IMG/VR virus record: IMGVR_UViG_3300045988_148900
Span: 64,001-128,000 of that record
Length of the DNA: 64,000 nucleotides
DNA from: a virus
Reading direction: 5' to 3' (one strand)
Of the stretch, positions 17,542-26,816 are shown one piece after another (the first letter of the stretch is position 1; each line of letters opens with the position of its first letter). The position numbers and the translations under genes are program-made. The notes under the pieces were generated by a model that saw nothing but the letters and a program-made list of their open reading frames with translations, did not search any database and was not told the DNA's origin.

Positions 17542-19863
17542 CTAATCCTTCTTAGGCTCGTAAGACTCCGGAGAAACATCAATACTCGGATAAGCTGCCT
17601 TAGCGGCATTAACGATCTTCTTAACAAGACCCGCAACATCAAGGTCGCCGGAATACCAAGTAGGTTTCTCCGTCATCTTATTCGCGTAAGCAATAGCCGC
17701 ACGGGCGCGGGCAAGACTGTTCAGAGGATAGTGACACTTGCCGTCATTCACATCCGGAGAATCCTTCGGGAAAACACAATCCGTCCGAGGAGCATCGGCA
17801 GAATCATTAACTGCAACCACATTAAACCCGTCGAAGTAAGAATTCAGAATGCGAACTGCGGCAGCAATAGTATCTGAAGCGTCGCCTCCAAAAGCCTCAA
17901 AATCGCCAAGCAAGTCCTTAAGTTCCGAAAGACCCGGCGTGGGAACTTTCCACGAAGCTACAGTAGCATCACCATCAAAAACCGAGATATGAGCCACATT
18001 AAGTTTACCATTCAAGGCAGACCGCAAACCCAAATTGGTGCTCTCAAAGTCAAATTTGACACCGCCAGACTCTACGGGAATAAACACCTCGATAGAACCA
18101 TCCCCAGCCTGATCGAAGGTATAACCTTCTCCGTGGAGAAGCAAAAGCAAATCTGTCATATCAATACCCGGATCATCTGACGAGTCTACAACCCACTTCA
18201 TCGAAGAAGCATAGTAAGGATCATCTTTATGCTCCTCGACAAAAGACTTAGCCTGTGCCAGATTGTGGTCGTAATCCTCCTTGATCAACTCGGAAATTGA
18301 ATGATTCTTACCATTGGGCGAAAAATACTCAATCCCATACAGATCACGACCCTTCTCATCCTGCTTGCCAAGACTACCCAAATAACCAATGGTCTGACCA
18401 AGAGACATCAAATCCACACCATCCCAGTTAATCGTATCGGATGTCTTCGCCCAATCGGCATCCTGATAAGGATTCACAACACCCGGACGAACAAACTCCG
18501 GTGTAAGACCCGACTCCGAAACATAAACACTATCCGAAACCTTCGCCGAATCCGACACGCCAATATTAGCCTTCTTTACACTCTGAACAACATCGATAAA
18601 GTCATAGGCATCATCTGCTGCCTGCACAAACCAAAGAAGTGCCAAAAGAGACTCAACCTTCTTGTAAAAGTCAAAAGGTACGACAGTTTCATAAGGATCA
18701 GAATCTGCATCTGACGGATTCTCGTAAGAGTAGAATACAATCTTATCCGGATACAACGAAATATGACCCTCATTGCCGTCGCCAAGCTTGTAGTAACCGG
18801 AAACAAGGTCCTTGGTATCATCCTCGACTGTAAAAGCACTATCCTCATGAAGACGCTTAGAAACTGTATCGAACCACAACGAACGATCGATATCTCCTGA
18901 TACTGAAATCTTAGTATCTCCGTCGGAAACAGCAGAGACACCAACCCGTTGGCCCTGATACCACCGAGTAGGGGTCGAGTCTTCAACCTTCCCAAGCGAC
19001 GCCAAATCACCATACACATGTGACGCCTTAGCGTCAATGCCGTAATCGAAACCACGACGCTTGCCATCCGACGTCCGAGCCTCAACCGTAATCTTAGGCT
19101 CCTTGTCCTTACTGTAAGCCTTAACACTCACAATAGCACCTCCGAGGTCCTTCAAATCCAAAGTAATACCCTTAATCTCTGCGGGCTTACCGGAAACCTT
19201 GAAGTTCTCCTTCACAAGCTTCAAAGCACCCGAAATCTTAGAAAGATCAGAAGCCTTCGAATCCGAAACCTTAGCGCGCTGAACAGGCTTGCCTACACGC
19301 TGACCTCCGTCCACCTTCGAAATATAATCCCGACCCCGAGTGACTCCAGAACCCGAAGGACGAGCATGATTGACAGGACGACCCAAACGCTCTCCAGACA
19401 TATAACGAACAGGAGAACCACCATTCCGATTCTTGGCGTCCACATACACCGCATCAGACACCTTCAAGTCCTCCAGCTTATCTACATCCTCCCCGGCATG
19501 CTTCTGTAAGACGTCAATAAACCGACGGAACTTATTGAGCTTCTCGCCAGCCTCCTTGCCAGAAATACCCAAGAAACGAGCCAAGTCTCCCATCTCTGAC
19601 TCTGACAAATTACGCTTACTCGAACCCTCAACTACCACGGACTCCCCGTCCAAGTACACATCCACATAGACAAAAGGAGCATCCGGCTTCTCGCCCGTGT
19701 AAATACGATACCCATCACGACGAGGCATAACCGTAACAAAAGACTCAAGACCCGCCTTACGCAAAGCACCCTCAAGGTACTCCTTAAGACGCTCGTTGGA
19801 GTCACAAACACGAGAATAGCTGTCACATACAACCTCCTCGAAAAAACCACCCTGTTTACCCAT
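17542..19863 (-). CDS. large hypothetical protein (possibly virion-associated)
   Basis: 773 aa from the ATG at 19863. The track start at 19890 is TTG. No motif recognised by eye. Confidence 0.65.
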   Translation of the reverse strand: MGKQGGFFEEVVCDSYSRVCDSNERLKEYLEGALRKAGLESFVTVMPRRDGYRIYTGEKPDAPFVYVDVYLDGESVVVEGSSKRNLSESEMGDLARFLGISGKEAGEKLNKFRRFIDVLQKHAGEDVDKLEDLKVSDAVYVDAKNRNGGSPVRYMSGERLGRPVNHARPSGSGVTRGRDYISKVDGGQRVGKPVQRAKVSDSKASDLSKISGALKLVKENFKVSGKPAEIKGITLDLKDLGGAIVSVKAYSKDKEPKITVEARTSDGKRRGFDYGIDAKASHVYGDLASLGKVEDSTPTRWYQGQRVGVSAVSDGDTKISVSGDIDRSLWFDTVSKRLHEDSAFTVEDDTKDLVSGYYKLGDGNEGHISLYPDKIVFYSYENPSDADSDPYETVVPFDFYKKVESLLALLWFVQAADDAYDFIDVVQSVKKANIGVSDSAKVSDSVYVSESGLTPEFVRPGVVNPYQDADWAKTSDTINWDGVDLMSLGQTIGYLGSLGKQDEKGRDLYGIEYFSPNGKNHSISELIKEDYDHNLAQAKSFVEEHKDDPYYASSMKWVVDSSDDPGIDMTDLLLLLHGEGYTFDQAGDGSIEVFIPVESGGVKFDFESTNLGLRSALNGKLNVAHISVFDGDATVASWKVPTPGLSELKDLLGDFEAFGGDASDTIAAAVRILNSYFDGFNVVAVNDSADAPRTDCVFPKDSPDVNDGKCHYPLNSLARARAAIAYANKMTEKPTWYSGDLDVAGLVKKIVNAAKAAYPSIDVSPESYEPKKD

Positions 19864-20055
19864 AACAGCTGAAATATAGAAATAAAACAATAACTACTTC
19901 TGACGACCGGAACTACGACGATTCGCAGGGTAACGACCCGGAACACTCGAACCAATATCCGACATCCGAGTAACACCGTCGGAACAATCCTGCGCCTTCA
20001 TAGGATAATCCCCATACTGATCGATGTAGATAGCCTCGTAACGGGAATTGTCATC

Positions 20056-20919
20056 CTAGAGAAAACCCTCCTGAAACAAAGACAAGGCGACATCATCATA
20101 GTTTATTTTTTGATCTGCAGACTCTACGGCCGAAAATAACAACGTAGGCTTGCCGGACGCTGCATCTACTGCTACTACATGAACAAAACCTGCGTCTGCG
20201 TAAATGTCGCCCGAACGAGGTGTATCTCCCGTCACAAACTTAGGAACCCCGGCATTATCTACACGAATAAGTCCATTCGTATACCCATCGCCAAGAGGAG
20301 CTACAACAAAATAAGCCTTATCGCCATAAACACCATCAAGCATAGGATCGCCGAACTCCTTACGAAGATCGCGCGCAGCACCCTCCAAGAAGTCATTGGC
20401 AAAATCCTGACCAACGCTATCTGAAACACCATACTTGCGCGACGCGTCCCCCTCAAACTCAGCGTAACTATAGGCTACATCGGAATCCGGATAATCCCCA
20501 TACTTCTCCATGTAAGCATCCTCGTAGTACTCCGAGTCCTCCGGAAGAGCATCCTCGTCCAAAAGAATCTCCGCAACACTGGCATTATCCTCATGGCTGA
20601 AGTAAACCTCGTCAAGAACTTCGACGGCACCCGACTTACCGTAAACCTTCACCAAATAAACACTCCCCGGAATAACCGTAACATCTGCATCCGTAGACGC
20701 AGGACAAAAAGTACTATACGGCTTACCATTACCGTCCACACGAACCACAGCCTCAGAGACCCCAGAAGTGTGAGGAACACCCAAAAAGTAAAAGGTATCA
20801 CCGTACTTGTTTTTATACGGGAACCCAAACTCCTGCATGAGGCGATCGGCCTCCGACAAGACATCAGCCTCCGACAGCTGAATATCGCTCAACGACATAT
20901 CCTCTACAAACGAACTCAT
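20056..20919 (-). CDS. hypothetical protein with internal duplication
   Basis: 287 aa. Two repeats of about 85 aa (EFGFPYKNKYGDTFYFLGVP... / EFGDPMLDGVYGDKAYFVVAP...). A TAACTTTG box lies at 20948-20955. Confidence 0.65.
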   Translation of the reverse strand: MSSFVEDMSLSDIQLSEADVLSEADRLMQEFGFPYKNKYGDTFYFLGVPHTSGVSEAVVRVDGNGKPYSTFCPASTDADVTVIPGSVYLVKVYGKSGAVEVLDEVYFSHEDNASVAEILLDEDALPEDSEYYEDAYMEKYGDYPDSDVAYSYAEFEGDASRKYGVSDSVGQDFANDFLEGAARDLRKEFGDPMLDGVYGDKAYFVVAPLGDGYTNGLIRVDNAGVPKFVTGDTPRSGDIYADAGFVHVVAVDAASGKPTLLFSAVESADQKINYDDVALSLFQEGFL

Positions 20920-20979
20920 AACTATACAAATTTTTGTTTTGACAAAGCAAAGTTAATTAAAATAGTGCAAACGTCCAAA

Positions 20980-21792
20980 TCATCGCTGCTCCTTAGGCAT
21001 CCGGGCCAGCTTAACATCATTCTTAAAAGGATTCAAGACGGACAACGTGAACTTGGAGCCACTCTTACCTGCAGACCCGGAAACATTCAAAAGAAAACCA
21101 TGATCCATATCATGCGACGGAACATAGGTCATCTGAAGCTCATAATCACCCGACACCGGATTGGCCGAAACATACTTGAGAAAATCCTTGCCCTTAAAGC
21201 TGTCCGTAAGAGGCTTGTTGACAACCCGAGACTGAAGATCCTCCAAGGCCGCCTTATCCTCCGCGGAAAGACGCCCATCCTCCTGACGCGACGAAGCCTT
21301 ACCCAACGCCTCTATGAATGACTTGTAAGCCGACCAATCCAAAGCAAGAATAATAGGCATCGAAAAAGTCATAGACGACAAAGACGCATCGGTGACTCCT
21401 GACGCACCCAAAAGATAAAAACCCTCCGGAAGCTTACAAGACCCATAACCAATCATGGTCGTCTTCGTAGCATCTAAAGCACTCTTAGCGTCCGCCTCCT
21501 TAAGCAAAGAATCGATAGCCTTCTTCTGCTTCTCGTCCCAATCCCTGTCAGCCTCAAGCTCCTTACGGATGGACTCCCAGATGCCCCAAATACCTAAACC
21601 CCCAAGAAGACTCTTGCCAACAGCTCGACGAAAATCCTTAAACTCACTCTTCAAGGCCCGACCAATAGCACTACCCTTTGGCTTATCACCCGACGCATCT
21701 ACAACAGAAAGGCTGTCCAAAATGCGAACCGCATCCTCGACAGACAAATCCGAGTCAAAACCCGAAACACACTCATAGAAATTATCTCCCAT
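20980..21792 (-). CDS. hypothetical protein
   Basis: 270 aa, ATG verified, on the coding strand. Confidence 0.65.
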   Translation of the reverse strand: MGDNFYECVSGFDSDLSVEDAVRILDSLSVVDASGDKPKGSAIGRALKSEFKDFRRAVGKSLLGGLGIWGIWESIRKELEADRDWDEKQKKAIDSLLKEADAKSALDATKTTMIGYGSCKLPEGFYLLGASGVTDASLSSMTFSMPIILALDWSAYKSFIEALGKASSRQEDGRLSAEDKAALEDLQSRVVNKPLTDSFKGKDFLKYVSANPVSGDYELQMTYVPSHDMDHGFLLNVSGSAGKSGSKFTLSVLNPFKNDVKLARMPKEQR

Positions 21793-21797
21793 ACAAA

Positions 21798-22415
21798 CTA
21801 CCTCCTACGAGACTGACGCAACTTTCTATAAAACGGCATGACATCATAGTAACGAAGACGATCAGACCCTAACTTATCAAAAGCAAGATCCAAAGCAGAA
21901 GACCATAAAGACTGAGACATCTCCGGATAGGGAATCTTGCTAAGCTCCGAACGAGTCTGATAAACCATCCAACGCCTCTTCGCATCCGGAGAAACGCCCG
22001 ACGAAACACTACGAGAAGGTGACGACGGACGAGAAGACGACAAGGACTCAGCAAAACTGCCAAAGTCGCCAACACGCGGCGAAACAACAGGATCAAAATC
22101 TATATCCGTGCCATCCTTCGGGAAAGAATGATAACCATCACTCCCATCCTCCGGAAACAAATCCTCAACAAGCCAAGCGGTATCCGTCTCTCCGCGAAAA
22201 CGGTAAGTGACACCATCAATCTCAACCAAAGAACCTACAGAACCACTCGACGCATCCAAAACCTCATCCGACGTCAAAAGTGCAAAAGCCGACGAGTCCG
22301 AAACACGGCAGAGACTATAAACAACGCCACCACGAACACCATCCGAACGCAACGACGAAAGACCCCGACGACGACACTCCGACGCACTCAATCCCGAAAG
22401 AAGCTCTATGACCAT
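21798..22415 (-). CDS. hypothetical protein
   Basis: 205 aa. The ATG at 22415 lies 20 nt downstream of an exact phage motif copy. Confidence 0.6.
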   Translation of the reverse strand: MVIELLSGLSASECRRRGLSSLRSDGVRGGVVYSLCRVSDSSAFALLTSDEVLDASSGSVGSLVEIDGVTYRFRGETDTAWLVEDLFPEDGSDGYHSFPKDGTDIDFDPVVSPRVGDFGSFAESLSSSRPSSPSRSVSSGVSPDAKRRWMVYQTRSELSKIPYPEMSQSLWSSALDLAFDKLGSDRLRYYDVMPFYRKLRQSRRR

Positions 22416-22427
22416 GAAGCTACGTTA

Positions 22428-22449
22428 AATTTAACGGATATATAATTGC
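22428..22449 (-). promoter_or_regulatory. phage promoter-like motif GCAATTATATATCCGTTAAATT
   Basis: Exact consensus copy on the minus strand, directly downstream of the terminator at 22464-22496. Confidence 0.5.
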
Positions 22450-22463
22450 TTATGCCGCAGACG

Positions 22464-22496
22464 AAAAAACTGCCGAAATGGAGAAGATCTCGGCGG
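22464..22496 (-). terminator. rho-independent terminator
   Basis: Minus strand CCGCCGAG-N11-TTCGGCAG (imperfect 8-bp stem) followed by T6. Confidence 0.5.
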
Positions 22497-22542
22497 AAAC
22501 AAAAACATAAAAACAAAAAAAAGAAGCCTAAAGGCGCATAAC

Positions 22543-23757
22543 CTACTGCTGCATGAGAACCGACCGAACGCAGTAAACAGCGTCGCCCAAATCTACAACA
22601 AGACTACTCGACGAACAGCTGTACTTCGTGTCTGCAGTGCTCTTCGACAGAACACCCAACAGAACCGGAATGGAGACAACAATAGCTCCGCCCGAACTCT
22701 GACCCAACTTGTATGCAAACGTATACTTCGCGTCCTCGCCATCCTTACGATGGGCCGTGACAACAAAGTCATTTGGATTGAAATCTACACGAACCGTGTC
22801 CGTAAAGTAATCCAAAGAACCGATAACCGTAAGAAGCTGACGGAAGGCACCATCCTCAACAAGAACAGACTGGTCATACAAAAAAGCACTCTTAAAAAGA
22901 GGACTCATGAAACGACCAACAGCCTCACCCGACGTGTAAGCAAAACGAAGATAATGAGAACCACCGAAATTCATCGACATGTGATCATCCGAAAAACAAG
23001 CCGAAGTGTCGCCGTCATTCGTCGCCGCAAGGGTGGACACCACGTCTACTAAAATGCGTGACAAAATACAGTCGTGGGACCCAAAGAAAGACTTCATGCG
23101 ACCCAAGATGGACCCGATGTTGATATATGAGTACCCATCACGCGTAATCAGCTGACGCTCCGACGTACGCTCCGAGTAGGCAAGCAACGACGAAAACGTC
23201 AGGAGATTCCGACGAATATGATCCCCGTCCAGCTTATCGGTCATCTGCTCGTACTGAAAATCATAAACAGACGCGTCGAAAGGCTGAGTCTCAACATAAA
23301 CCAAGTTGCCCGAAAAATAAGCATACAACCCCGGCTGACCAGAACCAGACGACGCATCCTGAGACACCAAGACAAGATGAGCCACAACGTTCCCGAAAAG
23401 CTTCTTCAGGTGAACAATAGGAATGGAAAAACCACGAAGAGTCTTGCCAGACGAATTCACAAAACGATACACAAGCTGATAAGCCGAATTGTCGTACTTG
23501 ACATAAACCCAATCCGCCGTAGCGTAAAGGTAAACATTCTTCCCAGACAACGACGCAGCGAGCTTCGACAGACAATCCAAAACATGAAGCATCGGCGTAG
23601 CCTCAAGCTTCGGAAGCGAAACATAACTCTCGTAAGGAAGACCTGACGTAACCTCCGAAATGCCGGAAATCACCTGATCAACACCATCGCCATCCAAACC
23701 ATCCAAAGGTGACATAGGATCGAAACCCGACGAACTCAAATCCTCAACATTGCTCAT
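22543..23757 (-). CDS. possible DnaN-like sliding clamp
   Basis: 404 aa. The C-terminal third (VRVDFNPNDFVVTAHRKDGEDAKYTFAYKLGQSSGGAIVVSIPVLLGVLSKS...VVDLGDAVYCVRSVLMQQ) parallels E. coli DnaN domain III by eye. Clamp-loader genes are present nearby. Confidence 0.4.
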   Translation of the reverse strand: MSNVEDLSSSGFDPMSPLDGLDGDGVDQVISGISEVTSGLPYESYVSLPKLEATPMLHVLDCLSKLAASLSGKNVYLYATADWVYVKYDNSAYQLVYRFVNSSGKTLRGFSIPIVHLKKLFGNVVAHLVLVSQDASSGSGQPGLYAYFSGNLVYVETQPFDASVYDFQYEQMTDKLDGDHIRRNLLTFSSLLAYSERTSERQLITRDGYSYINIGSILGRMKSFFGSHDCILSRILVDVVSTLAATNDGDTSACFSDDHMSMNFGGSHYLRFAYTSGEAVGRFMSPLFKSAFLYDQSVLVEDGAFRQLLTVIGSLDYFTDTVRVDFNPNDFVVTAHRKDGEDAKYTFAYKLGQSSGGAIVVSIPVLLGVLSKSTADTKYSCSSSSLVVDLGDAVYCVRSVLMQQ

Positions 23758-23779
23758 ATAAAATAAAAGTTAAAATTAA

Positions 23780-24688
23780 CTACTTGCCCTTCTTCTGAAC
23801 GGACGCAGCACCAAGAATACCATCACAGTAACTAACAACATCGTCTGGAGCAACCATACGCAAAGCGTCCATAAAACTCAAGTCCTCACCTCCGCTGCTA
23901 TTACGAAGCAACTCCAAAAGAGTATCGTAACTCATAATAGACGGATCGGAAGAGGTAACCGACTCCGTCTTAAAACCCGAAACCGAAAAAATATCCGACG
24001 CGGAACGTGCCACAGAGACCTCCAAAAGACTATGCCGTATCGAGTCGTTCTCTACTTCAACGTAAACAGCCTTCGGAACCCTATCCGACGTGGAAACACG
24101 ACGGTTCCGAAACAAACTACCCGGACGAACAACAGTGATACGATCATTAACAACATAGTCGGCATACTCGACATGATCATGACCAAGTAAGACCAAAGCA
24201 GGAGACGAACAACCAACAAGGTCGGAAACCGAAACCGTAAAACGACCATCCTTCTGCTCCAAGAAACCGTGATAAACCAAAAGCTGAGGCTTATCTCGTG
24301 TCTCCAAAGGAAGCTGGCCGCCAACATAGCAGTCCGGATAAGACACAACCGTGTTATCCATAAAGCCTACAACCCCCGACGCGCCCAGCGTGTACAAGGC
24401 ACAACGCTTAGCGTTCTCGTCCGCCCTATATAACATATCATGATTACCCCACACACATAGGGCGGTATAACGGCACCCGGACAGAACATCCATAACACCA
24501 TTCACCGCCTCATAAGGAACCGTAGCCTTATCGAATATATCACCACCAAGAAGAAGTGTAGCATCTAACTCGTTGGCCTTAGCAACACACCACCGAAGCT
24601 TCTGCAACACGTCATCCAAAGGATTGCCCGTCCGAACAGCACAAACCGTGTTAATATGTAAATCCGTGACAAAAAGAAACCTGCTCAT
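23780..24688 (-). CDS. sbcD: SbcD/Mre11-type nuclease (metallophosphoesterase)
   Basis: FVTDLH, GGDIFD, WGNHD and LLGHDH phosphoesterase motifs. Confidence 0.85.
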   Translation of the reverse strand: MSRFLFVTDLHINTVCAVRTGNPLDDVLQKLRWCVAKANELDATLLLGGDIFDKATVPYEAVNGVMDVLSGCRYTALCVWGNHDMLYRADENAKRCALYTLGASGVVGFMDNTVVSYPDCYVGGQLPLETRDKPQLLVYHGFLEQKDGRFTVSVSDLVGCSSPALVLLGHDHVEYADYVVNDRITVVRPGSLFRNRRVSTSDRVPKAVYVEVENDSIRHSLLEVSVARSASDIFSVSGFKTESVTSSDPSIMSYDTLLELLRNSSGGEDLSFMDALRMVAPDDVVSYCDGILGAASVQKKGK

Positions 24689-24691
24689 AGG

Positions 24692-25015
24692 CTAAACAAG
24701 CGTATCTGCATCAACCCCAAAAATACCAAAAAGGTCTGAAATCTCCCTATAGGTAATACAAGGACCACTAAAATCCATAGTAGTACTTTCGTCCCGGAAA
24801 ACACGAACAAAGTTCTCGCCACCCGGAAAGGTGACGACAAACTCAACGCGAACCGTCGTAAAGTCAGGAAGACAGTACTCTAAAATGAAGTCCCGACCAT
24901 CTCTAATCAACTTGAAGTCACACCCATACTCCTCAGACAGAAGACGAACCAACAAAAGAGCCCGATCAAAATTAGACCCGCCAATGAAAGAACTCGAAAA
25001 ACTACCAAAAGTCAT
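24692..25015 (-). CDS. hypothetical protein
   Basis: 107 aa, ATG verified. Confidence 0.55.
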   Translation of the reverse strand: MTFGSFSSSFIGGSNFDRALLLVRLLSEEYGCDFKLIRDGRDFILEYCLPDFTTVRVEFVVTFPGGENFVRVFRDESTTMDFSGPCITYREISDLFGIFGVDADTLV

Positions 25016-25017
25016 AA

Positions 25018-25221
25018 CTAACCCTCCAACTTTGACTCCAACTCAAAATAATAACCAAAAGTATGCTCTTCCGGGACCCCAACGGCGGTAGCTAACTCGC
25101 ATAAGCACCCGTCTAAAGGATCACACACGTCATATAGAGAACAAGACTGACCACAAACGAAATCAGGACTATTACGAAGAACATGACGGACGCCGTCAAT
25201 CTCTACAACTACACGATCCAT
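25018..25221 (-). CDS. hypothetical protein
   Basis: 67 aa from the ATG at 25221. The track start at 25227 is TTG. Confidence 0.5.
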   Translation of the reverse strand: MDRVVVEIDGVRHVLRNSPDFVCGQSCSLYDVCDPLDGCLCELATAVGVPEEHTFGYYFELESKLEG

Positions 25222-25281
25222 AAGCAAATACCAATATCTACAACCACGAACCTTGTGAACATAAAGAACAAGACCGTAACA

Positions 25282-26004
25282 TCACAACTTAACTACACTA
25301 CGAACTACACGTATCTCAACATGACACGCGCCGCGCAAGTCAAAACCACGAGCCTGAAGCTCCTCCAAAAGCTCTCGAGAACTAATCCCAGAAAAAAGAG
25401 GATTGACAGCCTCCTTGGACTCCAAAGGAGCCGTACCGTCAACTGAAAGCTCCGTGGTGACACGCGGGGCCGAAACTGGAGGCAAAGACGAAGAATCAGC
25501 CGCAGTCGCCGACAAAGGCTTCAAGTTCTTCGGAATAGACACACCTGAAACAGGAACGCCATTCCGGGCAACAACGCGACGAGACGGAACATGTAAAGAA
25601 AGACCATCCCGAACTGCCTTATTCCGCAACGCCGCAGCGCGGGACTTATTACGAGCCTGCGCGTAAGAAGTACAACACGACTTGCACCAACCCTTATGAC
25701 CATCCCTATTACGAGGATCTGGCGAAAACTCCGACAGTGGCTTCACTGTCTGACAACGAGCACAAAGCTTGATATTCTGGGCACGCATATCTGCCCTCGA
25801 CAACAAACCTAAAGCATCCCCACTCAACGACGAAACCGACGGCGTAGAACGAGAACCGCACGCCCGACGAGACGACGAACGATTGCAAGCACGCTGGCAA
25901 TCCTTACACCAGCACTGAAGACCATCCTTATTCTTGCTCGACCGCGAAAAGCTACTAACAGGCAGAACTCGACCACAATGAGAACACCGCATTACATCAC
26001 TCAT
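25282..26004 (-). CDS. protein with duplicated CxxC...CxxC zinc-ribbon modules
   Basis: CSHCGRVLPVSSF..KDGLQCWCKDC and CARCQTVKPLSEF..RDGHKGWCKSC. Confidence 0.6.
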   Translation of the reverse strand: MSDVMRCSHCGRVLPVSSFSRSSKNKDGLQCWCKDCQRACNRSSSRRACGSRSTPSVSSLSGDALGLLSRADMRAQNIKLCARCQTVKPLSEFSPDPRNRDGHKGWCKSCCTSYAQARNKSRAAALRNKAVRDGLSLHVPSRRVVARNGVPVSGVSIPKNLKPLSATAADSSSLPPVSAPRVTTELSVDGTAPLESKEAVNPLFSGISSRELLEELQARGFDLRGACHVEIRVVRSVVKL

Positions 26005-26045
26005 GACAACACTATATTAAAATCATGGAAACAGCTCCACAACGA

Positions 26046-26053
26046 CAAAGATA
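26046..26053 (-). promoter_or_regulatory. host-type -7 box TATCTTTG
   Basis: Minus-strand TATCTTTG about 40 nt upstream of the ATG at 26004. Confidence 0.35.
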
Positions 26054-26093
26054 ATTAATGTTATTTAATTGTCAAAATGTAGAGGCCATAAAA

Positions 26094-26318
26094 CTACACA
26101 ACTTGATCACCCCAGTACCTACTGACGCGACTCAACTTCTTACCGCACCGACTACAACACTTGTAGAAAACAGGTACAACACGCTTCTTACAAGGAGAAC
26201 CACCAAAGGTAGTACTCGTAGACCAATGCGAAGCCCGACAACCACTCGAACGACGACGGGTAGTAAACACGTAAGCCACCTTATGACCAAAAAGACAACA
26301 CCACAACCTTCTAAACAT
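26094..26318 (-). CDS. small zinc-ribbon protein (DUF1660-like)
   Basis: 74 aa. WCCLFGHK...CSRCGKK resembles the LFGHKW...CxRCG pattern of DUF1660 prophage proteins. Confidence 0.5.
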   Translation of the reverse strand: MFRRLWCCLFGHKVAYVFTTRRRSSGCRASHWSTSTTFGGSPCKKRVVPVFYKCCSRCGKKLSRVSRYWGDQVV

Positions 26319-26330
26319 AACCCATGAAAA

Positions 26331-26720
26331 TCACTCACCCAAAATAGCGTCCTCAAGAGCTCGAGAAACAACGGGATGAAGAGCAATAGTATCCGAGGAC
26401 AAATCGCAAACGTAATCCAACAAAGTCTCTGAACTCAAAACAACACGCTCCCAAGCACCACACATGCGGGAAATCCGTGAACGAACAAAAGCCTCGAAAA
26501 CAAGACGATTGTCAACATCAGCCTCATCGCAACACTCCTCAGCAGCAAGCATGCGCCGAAGACGAAGCAACTCCTGCTTGGCTGGATCGTTGGCATCCCA
26601 AGAAACCCACTCATCCGAAAAATCCCAACGAGACGCGTAAAGGGCATCCAGAACACTAAAGAAACTATAAATACAATCAAAGTCGTCCTTAGACGGACGA
26701 GCCAAACTTACTCCTTTCAT
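26331..26720 (-). CDS. hypothetical protein
   Basis: 129 aa, ATG verified. Confidence 0.6.
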   Translation of the reverse strand: MKGVSLARPSKDDFDCIYSFFSVLDALYASRWDFSDEWVSWDANDPAKQELLRLRRMLAAEECCDEADVDNRLVFEAFVRSRISRMCGAWERVVLSSETLLDYVCDLSSDTIALHPVVSRALEDAILGE

Positions 26721-26759
26721 AAAAAAAGATTAAACGTTGGAACATTAACGCATAAACAT

Positions 26760-26786
26760 AAAAAAACGACGCCCGAAAAAGACGTC
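26760..26786 (-). terminator. rho-independent terminator abutting the IS right end
   Basis: Minus strand GACGTC-TTTTTCG-GGCGTC followed by GTTTTTTT. It starts 1 nt after the IS end. Confidence 0.5.
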
Positions 26787-26796
26787 TTGACATACT

Positions 26797-26816
26797 CCCA
26801 CGGCTAAAGCCGCGGG
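26797..26816 (-). repeat. IS right-end subterminal hairpin
   Basis: CCCGCGGC TTTA GCCGTGGG on the tnpB sense strand. It straddles the tnpB stop codon. Confidence 0.7.

Noticed and set aside
18576-19127. Same-strand alternative-frame track ORFs, e.g. 18576..19127, 15002..15337, 4773..5174, 32997..33506, 34847..35200 and 31415..31708.
   Set aside because: They are embedded in longer ORFs. They consist of L/R/V/F/S-rich low-complexity runs, which the A-poor coding strand produces because stops are rare in all three frames.
19894-20001. 35-codon minus-strand ORF (MKAQDCSDGVTRMSDIGSSVPGRYPANRRSSGRQK) in the 165-nt gap between genes 20056..20919 and 17542..19863.
   Set aside because: It is too short, has no motif or upstream signal, and cannot be supported from sequence alone.
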